A DNA stretch of 64,000 nucleotides, from assembly GCA_038207085.1 (NCBI GenBank), contig JBBRAE010000001.1:192001-256000 (forward strand), in the 5' to 3' direction. Positions within the stretch are counted from its first letter, which is position 1; each line of letters opens with the position of its first letter. This DNA comes from Armatimonadota bacterium. Its GTDB lineage: Bacteria > Armatimonadota > UBA5829 > DTLH01. Both the position numbers and the translations under genes were made by a program. The notes under the pieces were generated by a model. That model was not told the DNA's origin, searched no databases, and was given only the letters and a program-made list of their open reading frames with translations. Shown piece by piece: positions 1 through 8,727 of the stretch.

Positions 1-1
1 T

Positions 2-1237
2 GCGGCAAGCGTGAGCGGGGCTCGAATACTGACCGGCCTTGACGACGCTCTCGTGCTCGATATTGGAGGGACAACTACAGACTGCGCCGTGTTCGAAAAT
101 GGTCGAGTAGCGGTTTCGGCGAAGGGTGCGAGGATAGGCAACTCTGTAATGGGTGTCGACGCTGCGGACATAACAACCGTTGGGCTTGGTGGAGACAGTC
201 GAATTGCGTTTGCTCCCGACAGACGGATACATATTGGGCCGACCCGAAATATCCCACTGTCGTGCCTTGCCTCGCAGTATAAGTCAGTAGAAGAATTCCT
301 CGATAACTTTAACATAGCAAGATACAAAGATTCAAGCGAAGCGCTCGCATTGGACGTTCTGGTGATTGGAAGTCCGGGCAGGATCGAGTTCACCGAACCC
401 GAGAAATCACTCCTTGATCTCCTGAAGGAGGGGCCAGCACCGGCTATTGTTGCTGCAGAAAAGCTCGGGCTCGCATCCCCCAGCCTACTGCCGATATCTC
501 GCCTTGAATCTCGCGGCATAGTAAAGCGTTCGGCGTTAACTCCTACCGATTTGCTCCACGTGGACGGCAGGTTCTCAAAGTGGAACCAAAAATCTGCCAA
601 GCGCGCCCTTGAGATATTCGCGGCAATGTATGGTCGCCCAGCCGAAGAGCTTCTTCACACACTTCTATTGCAGGTAACACGCAGGATATTTGAAGAGGTG
701 GTCAGGCGCGAGGTGTCTTATGAGAACCCCAAGCTCCACGAGCTTCCGGAGGACTGGAAGTTCCTGCTCGATAAAGCGTTCTTGGACGACGGCAAAGGGC
801 TAGGAGTCGCCTTTGAACTCAGGCGACCGGTGATCGCTATCGGTGCACCTGCGCAAGCCCTTGTCCCGGAGATCAGCAAACACCTCCGATCCGAAATCAT
901 CGTCCCTGAGCACGCTGACGTCGCAAACGCCATCGGCGCCATCGGAAGTGAGGTCGTAGTGCGGGAAGAGATCCTGATCAGACCGGGTGAGATGTCGAAC
1001 TATGTGCTGCATGGCACGGAAGAGCGAGTCGAGTTCTCCGAGCTTGAACGTGCTACGGAAAGAGCTGTTGAAATCGCGCGTGCACGTGCAAGAAAACTTG
1101 CCGTCGAAGCCGGGGCAAGATCACCGGAAGTCACAGTCTCTCGAATTGACCATCTAGGCACGATTTCCGACGGCGGCAAGATATTCATTGAGCGGAGAAT
1201 CACGGCAGTCGCTTCGGGTGGAGCATTTGGAGGGTAG
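2..1237 (+). CDS. Hydantoinase/oxoprolinase family protein, 5'-truncated by the window edge
   Basis: DIGGTTTD and GLGGDS motifs and C-terminal PEHADVANAIGA; frame is open to position 2 (AASVSGA). Confidence 0.85.
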   Translation, partial: AASVSGARILTGLDDALVLDIGGTTTDCAVFENGRVAVSAKGARIGNSVMGVDAADITTVGLGGDSRIAFAPDRRIHIGPTRNIPLSCLASQYKSVEEFLDNFNIARYKDSSEALALDVLVIGSPGRIEFTEPEKSLLDLLKEGPAPAIVAAEKLGLASPSLLPISRLESRGIVKRSALTPTDLLHVDGRFSKWNQKSAKRALEIFAAMYGRPAEELLHTLLLQVTRRIFEEVVRREVSYENPKLHELPEDWKFLLDKAFLDDGKGLGVAFELRRPVIAIGAPAQALVPEISKHLRSEIIVPEHADVANAIGAIGSEVVVREEILIRPGEMSNYVLHGTEERVEFSELERATERAVEIARARARKLAVEAGARSPEVTVSRIDHLGTISDGGKIFIERRITAVASGGAFGG

Positions 1238-1240
1238 TTG

Positions 1241-1282
1241 ACAGCTGACCAGACACTCTATATCTGGTCAGCTGTTTTGTTT
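1241..1282. terminator. Intrinsic terminator between convergent genes
   Basis: 13-bp perfect stem acagctgaccaga/tctggtcagctgt followed by tttgttt. Confidence 0.8.
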
Positions 1283-1295
1283 ACTATTCTTGATC

Positions 1296-3320
1296 TTACC
1301 AGGGGAATGCGTAGGTAGGTTCATTAACGAATCGCTCTGTAGCAGCATCAAGGGTAACAGTTGCGCCGGGGTCGAGCTTGACCACGAACGCCTTGCCGTT
1401 CACCTCGGAAGTCTGAAGGGAATCCTCACCATTCACGCAGGCATTGAACTTCACTGTCGTGAAGCTGTGCTCCCCGAATGCGCCACCCTGAACCACGACC
1501 TCGCGGGTGTCGATCGGGCTCAGGTTCACCAATTCGATCACCGTTCGGTTGTCCTCAAGCTTCTTCACAAGTGCCGCAACGTCGGCGGGAAGCCCCGGAC
1601 GCTTGCGCACGTTGTCGAAGTACCTCACGCGAGTCATCAAGAGGCCGCCGTTGTAGACTGGAATCGGGCCGCCGAGGGTGAGCTGGATCAAGCCTTCGAC
1701 GTTTACAGGGTTGCGACTCTGCAGATACGAGTCACTGAATGTCATCGGGGCCTGGGTGTCCTCGCGCATAAATGTCATCCTGTCGTAGGCCTGCCTCAGG
1801 GAATCGTTTAGTTTCTCCACGGGATAGCTCTCATATTCGCCCTGCAGATATGCGATCCACGGATACTCATGCCCGGACTGGTCTTTTTGCCGGACCTTGT
1901 AGAGCGAAAGATTGTTCCAGCCGTCCAGGTTCTCTCGACGAAGCTTTTTGATTCGCTCAAGATCATCAACGGCCATCGAGGCGCTCCAGAGGTGACCGCC
2001 GAAAGCCGGGTCCATGATCATATATTCGAACCAGCCGTCTTCCTGATACTGAGTCCCGTCCGCGTTCCGAAGCACGCTCAAGCGCTCCCAAGGGTCATAG
2101 TTGACGGTTTCAGGAGACCAATACTTGTGCGGAACGTAAAGCGCGTTATCTCCATGCTTGCCGCGTTTCATAAGCTCATCTATCTGTGAGCGGAACAAGC
2201 CCAGGTAGCTCGTGTCGTGCCCGAGCAGAGTCATGTTCTCGCTGGCTATTGCAAGCGCTGCGCCGATCGTTTCAAAGCCGTGCGGCCAGACCCAGCCGTA
2301 GTTACCGCCGAACCAGCGGCCTTCGTTGTATTCGCCGATCTTGCCGGAGAGCCCGATGTTGTCGGGAATGATGCCGCCGTTTTCTTTGGTGCGCTCTTCC
2401 CAAGCGACGAAGTAGTCTTTGATCCACGACTTATACTTCTGGTCGCCAGTGTAGAGAAAGGCGTTTGCCATCAAACTGGTAGATGCGAGGTTGACCGGGG
2501 TGTCGCCGAGCTTGTCGCGATCGTGTTTTGCCTTGCCGATTCGCTTCATCGCTTCGGGGTCGCTGTAGATCGCCGAGACACTCGTCGCACCATCGATGTC
2601 CCAAAAAGGCAGGCCGTAGCCTTCCTGGGTCCATGTGCCGTCGGTCGGGAAATGCTGCGGGCACGGGCCGGTGCTGCCGTTGTGAGGCGATTTGATAAGC
2701 TTTAGTTCGGTATCGAAGTTGTCGACTTCAGGGTCTTCGCCCATATAGAAACCGGCGTATCGCTTGGACCGCTCGATATTTTCCTGGTTGGTTGGGTCGG
2801 CGAGTCCGAGATGATAAAAGAAAGCGTATCCCTCGCCGTTGTGCATCCAGTCGTAGCCGGAGCAGAACTCCTTCTCGACCATCTTGTAGCCGTGGCCTGT
2901 CTCATAGTTCTCGAACTGCTTGGTGACGGCGTCATACTCTCGCAGCGAGAGGTCGAGCAGGTAGTCGTCGCCTCCGAGAATGTAGAACAGCGGCCAGTTG
3001 TGGAAGCTCTCGTATGCGTCGTCGAGGGCGTCAATTCCCTCGTGGGGTTTCGGACCTGGCGGCGGCCATTTGATAGAACCATCCGGGTTGACGTATTTCT
3101 CCACGATTGCCGGGACGGACTGGTTCATCACGTCAATCAGCTTTCTCTCCAGAATCGCCCACTGCGGTGCCTGGGCGAACGGAACGCTGGCGTGAATACA
3201 TGGTAGACTATTTTCTCTGCTCACAATGCAGCTCCTGATTCTTTGCGCCGGTAATGAGGCGCTTTTGGGGACCAGAATTGATCCGTCTACCTTCAGTGTT
3301 CTACCACAGAGGTCGAACAT
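1296..3320 (-). CDS. Conserved hypothetical protein, possibly an (alpha/alpha)6-toroid carbohydrate-active enzyme
   Basis: 674-aa ORF with GGAGG RBS; Trp/acidic motifs DDAYESFHNWPLFY, YDWMHNGEG, WFGGNYGWVWPHG; the fold is inference only. Confidence 0.6.
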   Translation of the reverse strand: MFDLCGRTLKVDGSILVPKSASLPAQRIRSCIVSRENSLPCIHASVPFAQAPQWAILERKLIDVMNQSVPAIVEKYVNPDGSIKWPPPGPKPHEGIDALDDAYESFHNWPLFYILGGDDYLLDLSLREYDAVTKQFENYETGHGYKMVEKEFCSGYDWMHNGEGYAFFYHLGLADPTNQENIERSKRYAGFYMGEDPEVDNFDTELKLIKSPHNGSTGPCPQHFPTDGTWTQEGYGLPFWDIDGATSVSAIYSDPEAMKRIGKAKHDRDKLGDTPVNLASTSLMANAFLYTGDQKYKSWIKDYFVAWEERTKENGGIIPDNIGLSGKIGEYNEGRWFGGNYGWVWPHGFETIGAALAIASENMTLLGHDTSYLGLFRSQIDELMKRGKHGDNALYVPHKYWSPETVNYDPWERLSVLRNADGTQYQEDGWFEYMIMDPAFGGHLWSASMAVDDLERIKKLRRENLDGWNNLSLYKVRQKDQSGHEYPWIAYLQGEYESYPVEKLNDSLRQAYDRMTFMREDTQAPMTFSDSYLQSRNPVNVEGLIQLTLGGPIPVYNGGLLMTRVRYFDNVRKRPGLPADVAALVKKLEDNRTVIELVNLSPIDTREVVVQGGAFGEHSFTTVKFNACVNGEDSLQTSEVNGKAFVVKLDPGATVTLDAATERFVNEPTYAFPW

Positions 3321-3368
3321 CCTCCGAAGATGAGGCTATTTTAGGAGATTTGTAGGAAATGGCAAGCG

Positions 3369-4304
3369 TCACTTTAGTGAGCCGGCGATTTTCTCAAGCT
3401 CCCGCTTGGCGATATCGCCGATGATAGTGTAAGTAATCGAGCCACGGTCGAACCTGAGCACCGTCGCCCACTTGCCGAGACCAGGCGGCTTCTGGCCCGA
3501 ATCGGAGCCCCGCTTGCGCTGGAATATGGATATTGTGTTCACTCCGTTGGTATACATCAGATGAGCCGCGTAGCCGGTCCCTATCTTGATCTTCCCCGTC
3601 TGCACGAGCACGTAGCCCTTTGGCACGTAACCAGGCTTCGTGACGGCAAAACCAAGGTCGCCTGAACTACCTGAACTTGATGAGAAAGCAGAAGCTTTCA
3701 CCTCAAAGGCCGACGACGGGATGTCCAGGGGCTCTATAGTGATCTGCTTGAACGCAGACACGCTGATGAGCGTGCCCGAGGAGTTGCGAAGCTCACTTCG
3801 GAGCGGCAAATAGCAGGACTTGTCGACCCAAACGGTCTCGCTCGGGTTCCCACGTTTCTTGGGGGTGAACTTGATGATGTAGGACGGTCTCCCGGCGATG
3901 ACCGCACTGCCGACAGACTCCACGTTGTAGTTCTTCAGCACAAGAGATATGGGCTCCGGCGCCGGATTCCACCGCGTGTGCTGCCACTCCCCGGTCGACG
4001 GCAGATAACGCCAGCTATCTCCGCCGCGATCTACCGTGACGATCCCGGAAAGGTCTGCAGGCGAGTAATAGTCGGCCCGTGTGCGGTCGGGTTTCTGGTG
4101 AGTCACCTTAAACTCCGCGCGCACGGTCTTCTTGCCTACCGATATGTCAGCGTATTTGATACCCCGGTAGCTGACGCTTCCCTCAGCCGCTTGACTCTTT
4201 GTGACGACGCCAAGGGCGTCGAGTGCAAAGACGGGAGCAACTGAAGAGAATGCCGCAAGCTGGGCGAGTCCTGCGGTCAGCGCCAGTAATCTCAGGTTCA
4301 TCAT
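3369..4304 (-). CDS. MucB/RseB-like (LolA-fold) periplasmic sigma-E regulatory protein
   Basis: Signal peptide, WVDK..YLPLR motif, third gene of the ECF operon. Confidence 0.75.
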   Translation of the reverse strand: MMNLRLLALTAGLAQLAAFSSVAPVFALDALGVVTKSQAAEGSVSYRGIKYADISVGKKTVRAEFKVTHQKPDRTRADYYSPADLSGIVTVDRGGDSWRYLPSTGEWQHTRWNPAPEPISLVLKNYNVESVGSAVIAGRPSYIIKFTPKKRGNPSETVWVDKSCYLPLRSELRNSSGTLISVSAFKQITIEPLDIPSSAFEVKASAFSSSSGSSGDLGFAVTKPGYVPKGYVLVQTGKIKIGTGYAAHLMYTNGVNTISIFQRKRGSDSGQKPPGLGKWATVLRFDRGSITYTIIGDIAKRELEKIAGSLK

Positions 4305-4314
4305 ACGTTCCTAA

Positions 4315-4824
4315 TTAGGGAGCACCCTGGTTATTATGTTGGAGTTGCGCTGCCGCGGCGATTGCAGCCGGGTCTGATAGCGCTTGCCTGCTGCGGAAAC
4401 TGGAGTATGCCTGCATATAGGCTTTATACTCAGCAGTCGACTCGGCAATGGCATCGCGTTTTGCCTCGGGCGTGTGGTCTTTCCCTGGGTGGGCCAGCAA
4501 CACAATTACCGACGCAGTCGCAACCGCGACGGGAACCGCGATTATCCGCCGTGCCGCAAACGTCGCAAGCCGCTCCAAGAGCCCTCGTCTGCGATACTGC
4601 TCTGCGACGATTCTCTCGGATACCCCACTCCACAGGTCATACGGAGCCTGGTTCCCCGAGAATCCCCCCAGCTTTCCGACAAGCTTTCTAGTCTGCTCCA
4701 CCTCTCTGCGGCAAGACTCACAGCCTGCCACATGAGATGCGACGAAGCTCTTATCGCGGTCGCCGAGGTTGTCGTCCACGTAGTCCGATATTAGTTTCCC
4801 TAGTCTCTCACAGTCTCTATTCAC
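4315..4824 (-). CDS. Zinc-finger (zf-HC2) transmembrane anti-sigma factor
   Basis: HVAGCESC (HxxxCxxC) followed by one TM segment; directly downstream of the ECF sigma. Confidence 0.9.
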   Translation of the reverse strand: MNRDCERLGKLISDYVDDNLGDRDKSFVASHVAGCESCRREVEQTRKLVGKLGGFSGNQAPYDLWSGVSERIVAEQYRRRGLLERLATFAARRIIAVPVAVATASVIVLLAHPGKDHTPEAKRDAIAESTAEYKAYMQAYSSFRSRQALSDPAAIAAAAQLQHNNQGAP

Positions 4825-4835
4825 TTTAGATCATC

Positions 4836-5411
4836 TCACATTCGTTCCAAATACTCACCAAGCATTGCCCGGATCTCGCACCGGGCCCGAGACACTCTTG
4901 ATTTTACCGTACCTACTGGACACTTAAGTACGGCTGCTATCTCTTCCTGCGAAAGCCCCTCGATATCATGCAGAATTATTGCAGAGCGCAGCTTTTCAGA
5001 TAGCGACGAGATCGCTTCACCGAGGAGCCGCCTCTCTTCACTGTTCGCCAAGACGTGCACAGGGTCTGACGATCTTCCCGCCGATGGCTCAAAGCCGGCC
5101 TCGCGGTATCTGTCGTCATCCAAAGAATCCACGCGCACCGAAGGTTTCTTACGTAAGTGGTCAATCGCCGTGTTGACAGCTATGCGATACAACCACGTGT
5201 AAAACGCCGATTTACCATTGAACCTGGCGAGGCCGGAGTACGCTTTTACAAAGGTCTCCTGAGCGAGATCCGCCGCCTCGTCCACACTGTTCGTATAGTG
5301 AAGTATGGTGCTATAGATTCTGTCCTGATATTTCCGGACTAGTAGCCCGAATGCTTCGGCATTGCCTTGCTTAACCTGCTCGACAATCGCCTGGTCTGAA
5401 CTGCCCGTCAT
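4836..5411 (-). CDS. ECF RNA polymerase sigma factor (RpoE/SigW-like)
   Basis: DLAQETFVKAY, FYTWLYRIAVN, GTVKSRVSRAR. Confidence 0.95.
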   Translation of the reverse strand: MTGSSDQAIVEQVKQGNAEAFGLLVRKYQDRIYSTILHYTNSVDEAADLAQETFVKAYSGLARFNGKSAFYTWLYRIAVNTAIDHLRKKPSVRVDSLDDDRYREAGFEPSAGRSSDPVHVLANSEERRLLGEAISSLSEKLRSAIILHDIEGLSQEEIAAVLKCPVGTVKSRVSRARCEIRAMLGEYLERM

Positions 5412-5532
5412 TCTGTACCATTTCGTTAAGTATTGAACCCTCCTGCGCCTTTTGCCAATCCATTGGTCGGGACGCGCATAGCAGAGCTATTAGTAATACG
5501 ACAGTTCTTACCCAATTGCTTTCATGTTTTTT

Positions 5533-5560
5533 GACGCAGACGGGTTCCCTTCGTTCCACA
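5533..5560 (-). promoter_or_regulatory. Putative autoregulatory ECF promoter tgtGGAAC-N16-CGTC
   Basis: Matches the ECF -35 GGAAC / -10 CGTC pattern, about 120 bp upstream of the ECF gene. Confidence 0.6.
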
Positions 5561-5655
5561 CTGTTCCATTCAATAGAAATAAATGTGTACAGCCTTTCAT
5601 TTCGTCATCCCTCGCAGGTGTATGTAACGATTGTTGGCAGCGTCCATGCTAAGTT

Positions 5656-5759
5656 TGGAGTGTGGCGTGCGAGCGCCGCTTTTCTCATTCGGTAACAACA
5701 AGGCGCGTAAGCGGCAAATCGGATGATTTGTGATAGCGGTGCTTGCACACCACACTCCA
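5656..5759. repeat. REPIN-like inverted pair (GGAG-type REP arms)
   Basis: 5656-5680 tggagtgtggcgtgcgagcgccgct and 5735-5759 are inverted repeats (22/25 match); each arm folds on itself. Confidence 0.6.
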
Positions 5760-5849
5760 CATAAAGGCCGCTTGTCGCCGATGATTCTTATGTGCATCCA
5801 TTCGACGCAGGACGAACGCATCTTAGCTGTCGGGCAGTGCCGAACGCCC

Positions 5850-5994
5850 GTAGTGGCGGGTCGCCGCGCCCGCCATCAGCACCAAAGGTGCTGCGTCAAC
5901 TGTGTATTGCGCTCCAAATGAGCAACTCTACGAAATTCCATTGTTTGTTCGGCGCGTTCCGCGCCGATGGCCGCCGCGGCGGGACGGCCACTAC
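5850..5994. repeat. GTAG-ended REPIN-like element, copy A
   Basis: GTAGTGGC...GCCACTAC ends and four hairpins; homologous to 23793-23914. Confidence 0.75.
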
Positions 5995-6063
5995 GTCGGT
6001 TGCCCGTCAAGATGCGTTAGCCCTGCCATTCCACGCTCGCGTGGTGCGTTCGCGGGAAATATC

Positions 6064-6155
6064 TGATATAATAGTGCTTGTTCAATAGCACACAGTCTTA
6101 TTTACATTAGCGCAAGGGAGCGTCGAGGGTGATCGTATACTCGACGCTCTTTTTT
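6064..6155 (+). promoter_or_regulatory. glnA leader: extended -10 (TGaTATAAT), ANTAR-like hairpin and overlapping intrinsic terminator
   Basis: cgc-AAGGGA-gcg (6111-6122) overlaps the terminator stem gagcgtcgag/ctcgacgctc followed by T6. Confidence 0.6.
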
Positions 6156-6337
6156 GTGGCCGCCAGCAAGCCCTGAACGTCGGGGATACGCATGATTAAC
6201 CTAATGGAAACATTCTGGAAACAATCATGCACGATAATAAGCGTGGCAAATTGAGACGTGCAGCGCCAATGACGACAGGTGCTAACCGATTGCGCTACGT
6301 GCGCCGTCGTATATGTATGATGAGAGGAGCGTCAAGC

Positions 6338-8434
6338 ATGATTGAAGTAAGAGAACCGATAACAAGTATTTTTGGTTCGAACGTGTTCAGCGAATCGGTG
6401 ATGCGGGAGAGGCTGCCGAAGATTGTTTTCAAGGCACTCAAGGCCACCATTGATGAGGGCCAGCCGCTCGACCCATCCATCGCTCATGTGATCGCAAACG
6501 CGATGAAGGATTGGGCCATCGAGAAGGGCGCGACGCACTTCTCTCACTGGTTCCAGCCGATGACCGGAATCACTGCCGAAAAGCACGATTCATTCATCTC
6601 CCCCACCGCCGACGGCCGCACCATTATGGAGTTCAGCGGCAAGGAACTGTTCCAGGGCGAGCCTGATGCTTCTTCCTTCCCGTCCGGTGGACTGCGCGCA
6701 ACATTCGAGGCCCGCGGCTACACCGCATGGGACTGCACAAGCCCTGTGTTCATCAAGGCCGACGGCGACAACATTACGCTTTATATCCCGAGTGCGTTCT
6801 GCAGCTACACCAGCGAGGCGCTCGACAAGAAGACCCCGCTCCTTCGTTCTATGGACGCTCTGAACAAGCAGGCAATGCGCGTTCTCAGGGGCCTTGGCAA
6901 TACCACGACCAAGCGCGTAACCGCAACACTTGGCGCTGAGCAGGAGTATTTCCTTGTAGACAGCAAGTTCGCAGAGGCCAGACTCGACCTGATCCTTGCC
7001 GGGCGCACCCTCTTTGGCGCCGCCCCTCCCAAGGGCCAGGAGATGGAGGACCACTACTTCGGAACTCTCCACGAGAGAGTCGCTTCCTACATGAACGAAG
7101 TCAACGTGGAACTCTGGAAGCTTGGCGTCTCAGCAAAGACTCAGCACAACGAGGTTTCACCGGCACAGTATGAGCTTGCACCGGTATTCGCAACGGTTAA
7201 CGTCGCGACTGACCACAACCAGCTCACGATGGAGACCCTGCAGAAAGTCGCTATCCGCCACGGGCTCGTCTGCCTGCTTCACGAGAAGCCGTTTGCAGGC
7301 GTCAACGGTTCCGGCAAGCACAACAACTTCAGCATGGTCACCGATGACGGTATGAACCTGCTCGAACCCGGCAACACTCCGCACGACAACGAGCAGTTCC
7401 TTGTGATCCTGTGCTCGATCATCCGCGCGGTTGATAAGTATTCGAAGCTGCTTAGAGCCACCGTCGCGACCGCTGGCAACGACCACAGACTCGGCGCTAA
7501 CGAGGCTCCTCCTGCGATCGTATCAATCTTCCTCGGCGCTCAGCTCTCTGATATTATGGATCAGCTTGCAATCGGCGCTGCGAAGTCGAGCAAGAAGGGC
7601 GGCGACCTGAAGCTTGGAGTCAGCACCCTGCCTCCAATTCCTATGGATAGCACCGACCGCAACAGGACTTCCCCGTTTGCCTTTACCGGCAATAAGTTCG
7701 AGTTCCGAATGCTTGGCTCCAGCCAGTCGACATCAGGCCCCAACTTCGTCCTGAACTCGATCGTCGCTGACGTTCTTGCAGAGGTCGCCGATAAGCTTGA
7801 GAAGGCCAGTGATGTTCACAAGGCTGCTCAGGATATCTGCTCCAAGATTGCAAAAGATCACAAGAACATTCTCTTCAACGGTGACAACTACTCTGATGAG
7901 TGGGTAAAGGAAGCTGAGAAGCGCGGACTGCCAAACATCCGCAACGCCGTCGACAGCATCCACACGATGGTCGAACCGATGGTTGAGGAACTCTTCGAGA
8001 AGCACGCTGTGCTGAGCAAGGGTGAACTCCATGCCCGCCACGAGATTCTCCTTGAGAGATATGCCAAAGAGATCAACATCGAGGCACAGACCATGCTCCA
8101 CATCGCAAAAAGGCAGATTCTGCCGGCTGCGATCGAGTATTCGGGCGTTATCGCAAATGCTGCGTCAGCAGTCAAGAGCGTCGGCGTGAACGCTGATGCC
8201 CAGGTCAGGGCGCTTGAAGATGTCTGCGGGCTGGTTTCCGACCTGCAGAAGAACATCGCCTCACTTCAGGCTGCCGTTACCAAGGCTCAGGAAACTGAGA
8301 CCGCCGAGACATATCGCGACACGGTCATCCCCGCGATGAGCACTGTTCGCGCGGCTGCTGATGGTCTTGAAGAGATCATGGACGCCGATCTTTGGCCGCT
8401 CCCAACCTATGCTGAGATGCTGTTCATCAAGTAA
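6338..8434 (+). CDS. glnA: Glutamine synthetase type III
   Basis: [67 protein letters not shown]; start chosen at the ATG after GAGGAG. Confidence 0.95.
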   Translation: MIEVREPITSIFGSNVFSESVMRERLPKIVFKALKATIDEGQPLDPSIAHVIANAMKDWAIEKGATHFSHWFQPMTGITAEKHDSFISPTADGRTIMEFSGKELFQGEPDASSFPSGGLRATFEARGYTAWDCTSPVFIKADGDNITLYIPSAFCSYTSEALDKKTPLLRSMDALNKQAMRVLRGLGNTTTKRVTATLGAEQEYFLVDSKFAEARLDLILAGRTLFGAAPPKGQEMEDHYFGTLHERVASYMNEVNVELWKLGVSAKTQHNEVSPAQYELAPVFATVNVATDHNQLTMETLQKVAIRHGLVCLLHEKPFAGVNGSGKHNNFSMVTDDGMNLLEPGNTPHDNEQFLVILCSIIRAVDKYSKLLRATVATAGNDHRLGANEAPPAIVSIFLGAQLSDIMDQLAIGAAKSSKKGGDLKLGVSTLPPIPMDSTDRNRTSPFAFTGNKFEFRMLGSSQSTSGPNFVLNSIVADVLAEVADKLEKASDVHKAAQDICSKIAKDHKNILFNGDNYSDEWVKEAEKRGLPNIRNAVDSIHTMVEPMVEELFEKHAVLSKGELHARHEILLERYAKEINIEAQTMLHIAKRQILPAAIEYSGVIANAASAVKSVGVNADAQVRALEDVCGLVSDLQKNIASLQAAVTKAQETETAETYRDTVIPAMSTVRAAADGLEEIMDADLWPLPTYAEMLFIK

Positions 8435-8466
8435 GAATAGACCAGTATCCATCAATAGCCATTCCA

Positions 8467-8500
8467 GGGTGGGGCCGCGTAATGCAGCCCCGCCCTTTTT
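8467..8500 (+). terminator. Intrinsic terminator after glnA
   Basis: GC-rich stem gggtggggc.../gccccgccc followed by a T run. Confidence 0.75.
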
Positions 8501-8534
8501 GCGTGTTTTTGGTGCTCTGGCTGAACGATTTCCG

Positions 8535-8563
8535 TTGACAATCCGCCCTTCACATGGTATAAA
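8535..8563 (+). promoter_or_regulatory. Sigma70-type promoter
   Basis: TTGACA-N17-TATAAA with an extended TG. Confidence 0.7.
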
Positions 8564-8727
8564 GCAATTGGTTGTACAATCGCATGTTTGCAGATACCAT
8601 CAACAGCGCCATTGTTCTGGTTATGAAATCACCTGTCACACCGATTTAGAGCGGCCACAGACTGCTGAGGATGATAGTGTGCCAACGTCGGCTCTTTGGC
8701 TGTATGATGGAGATGAAGGGAGACAGA

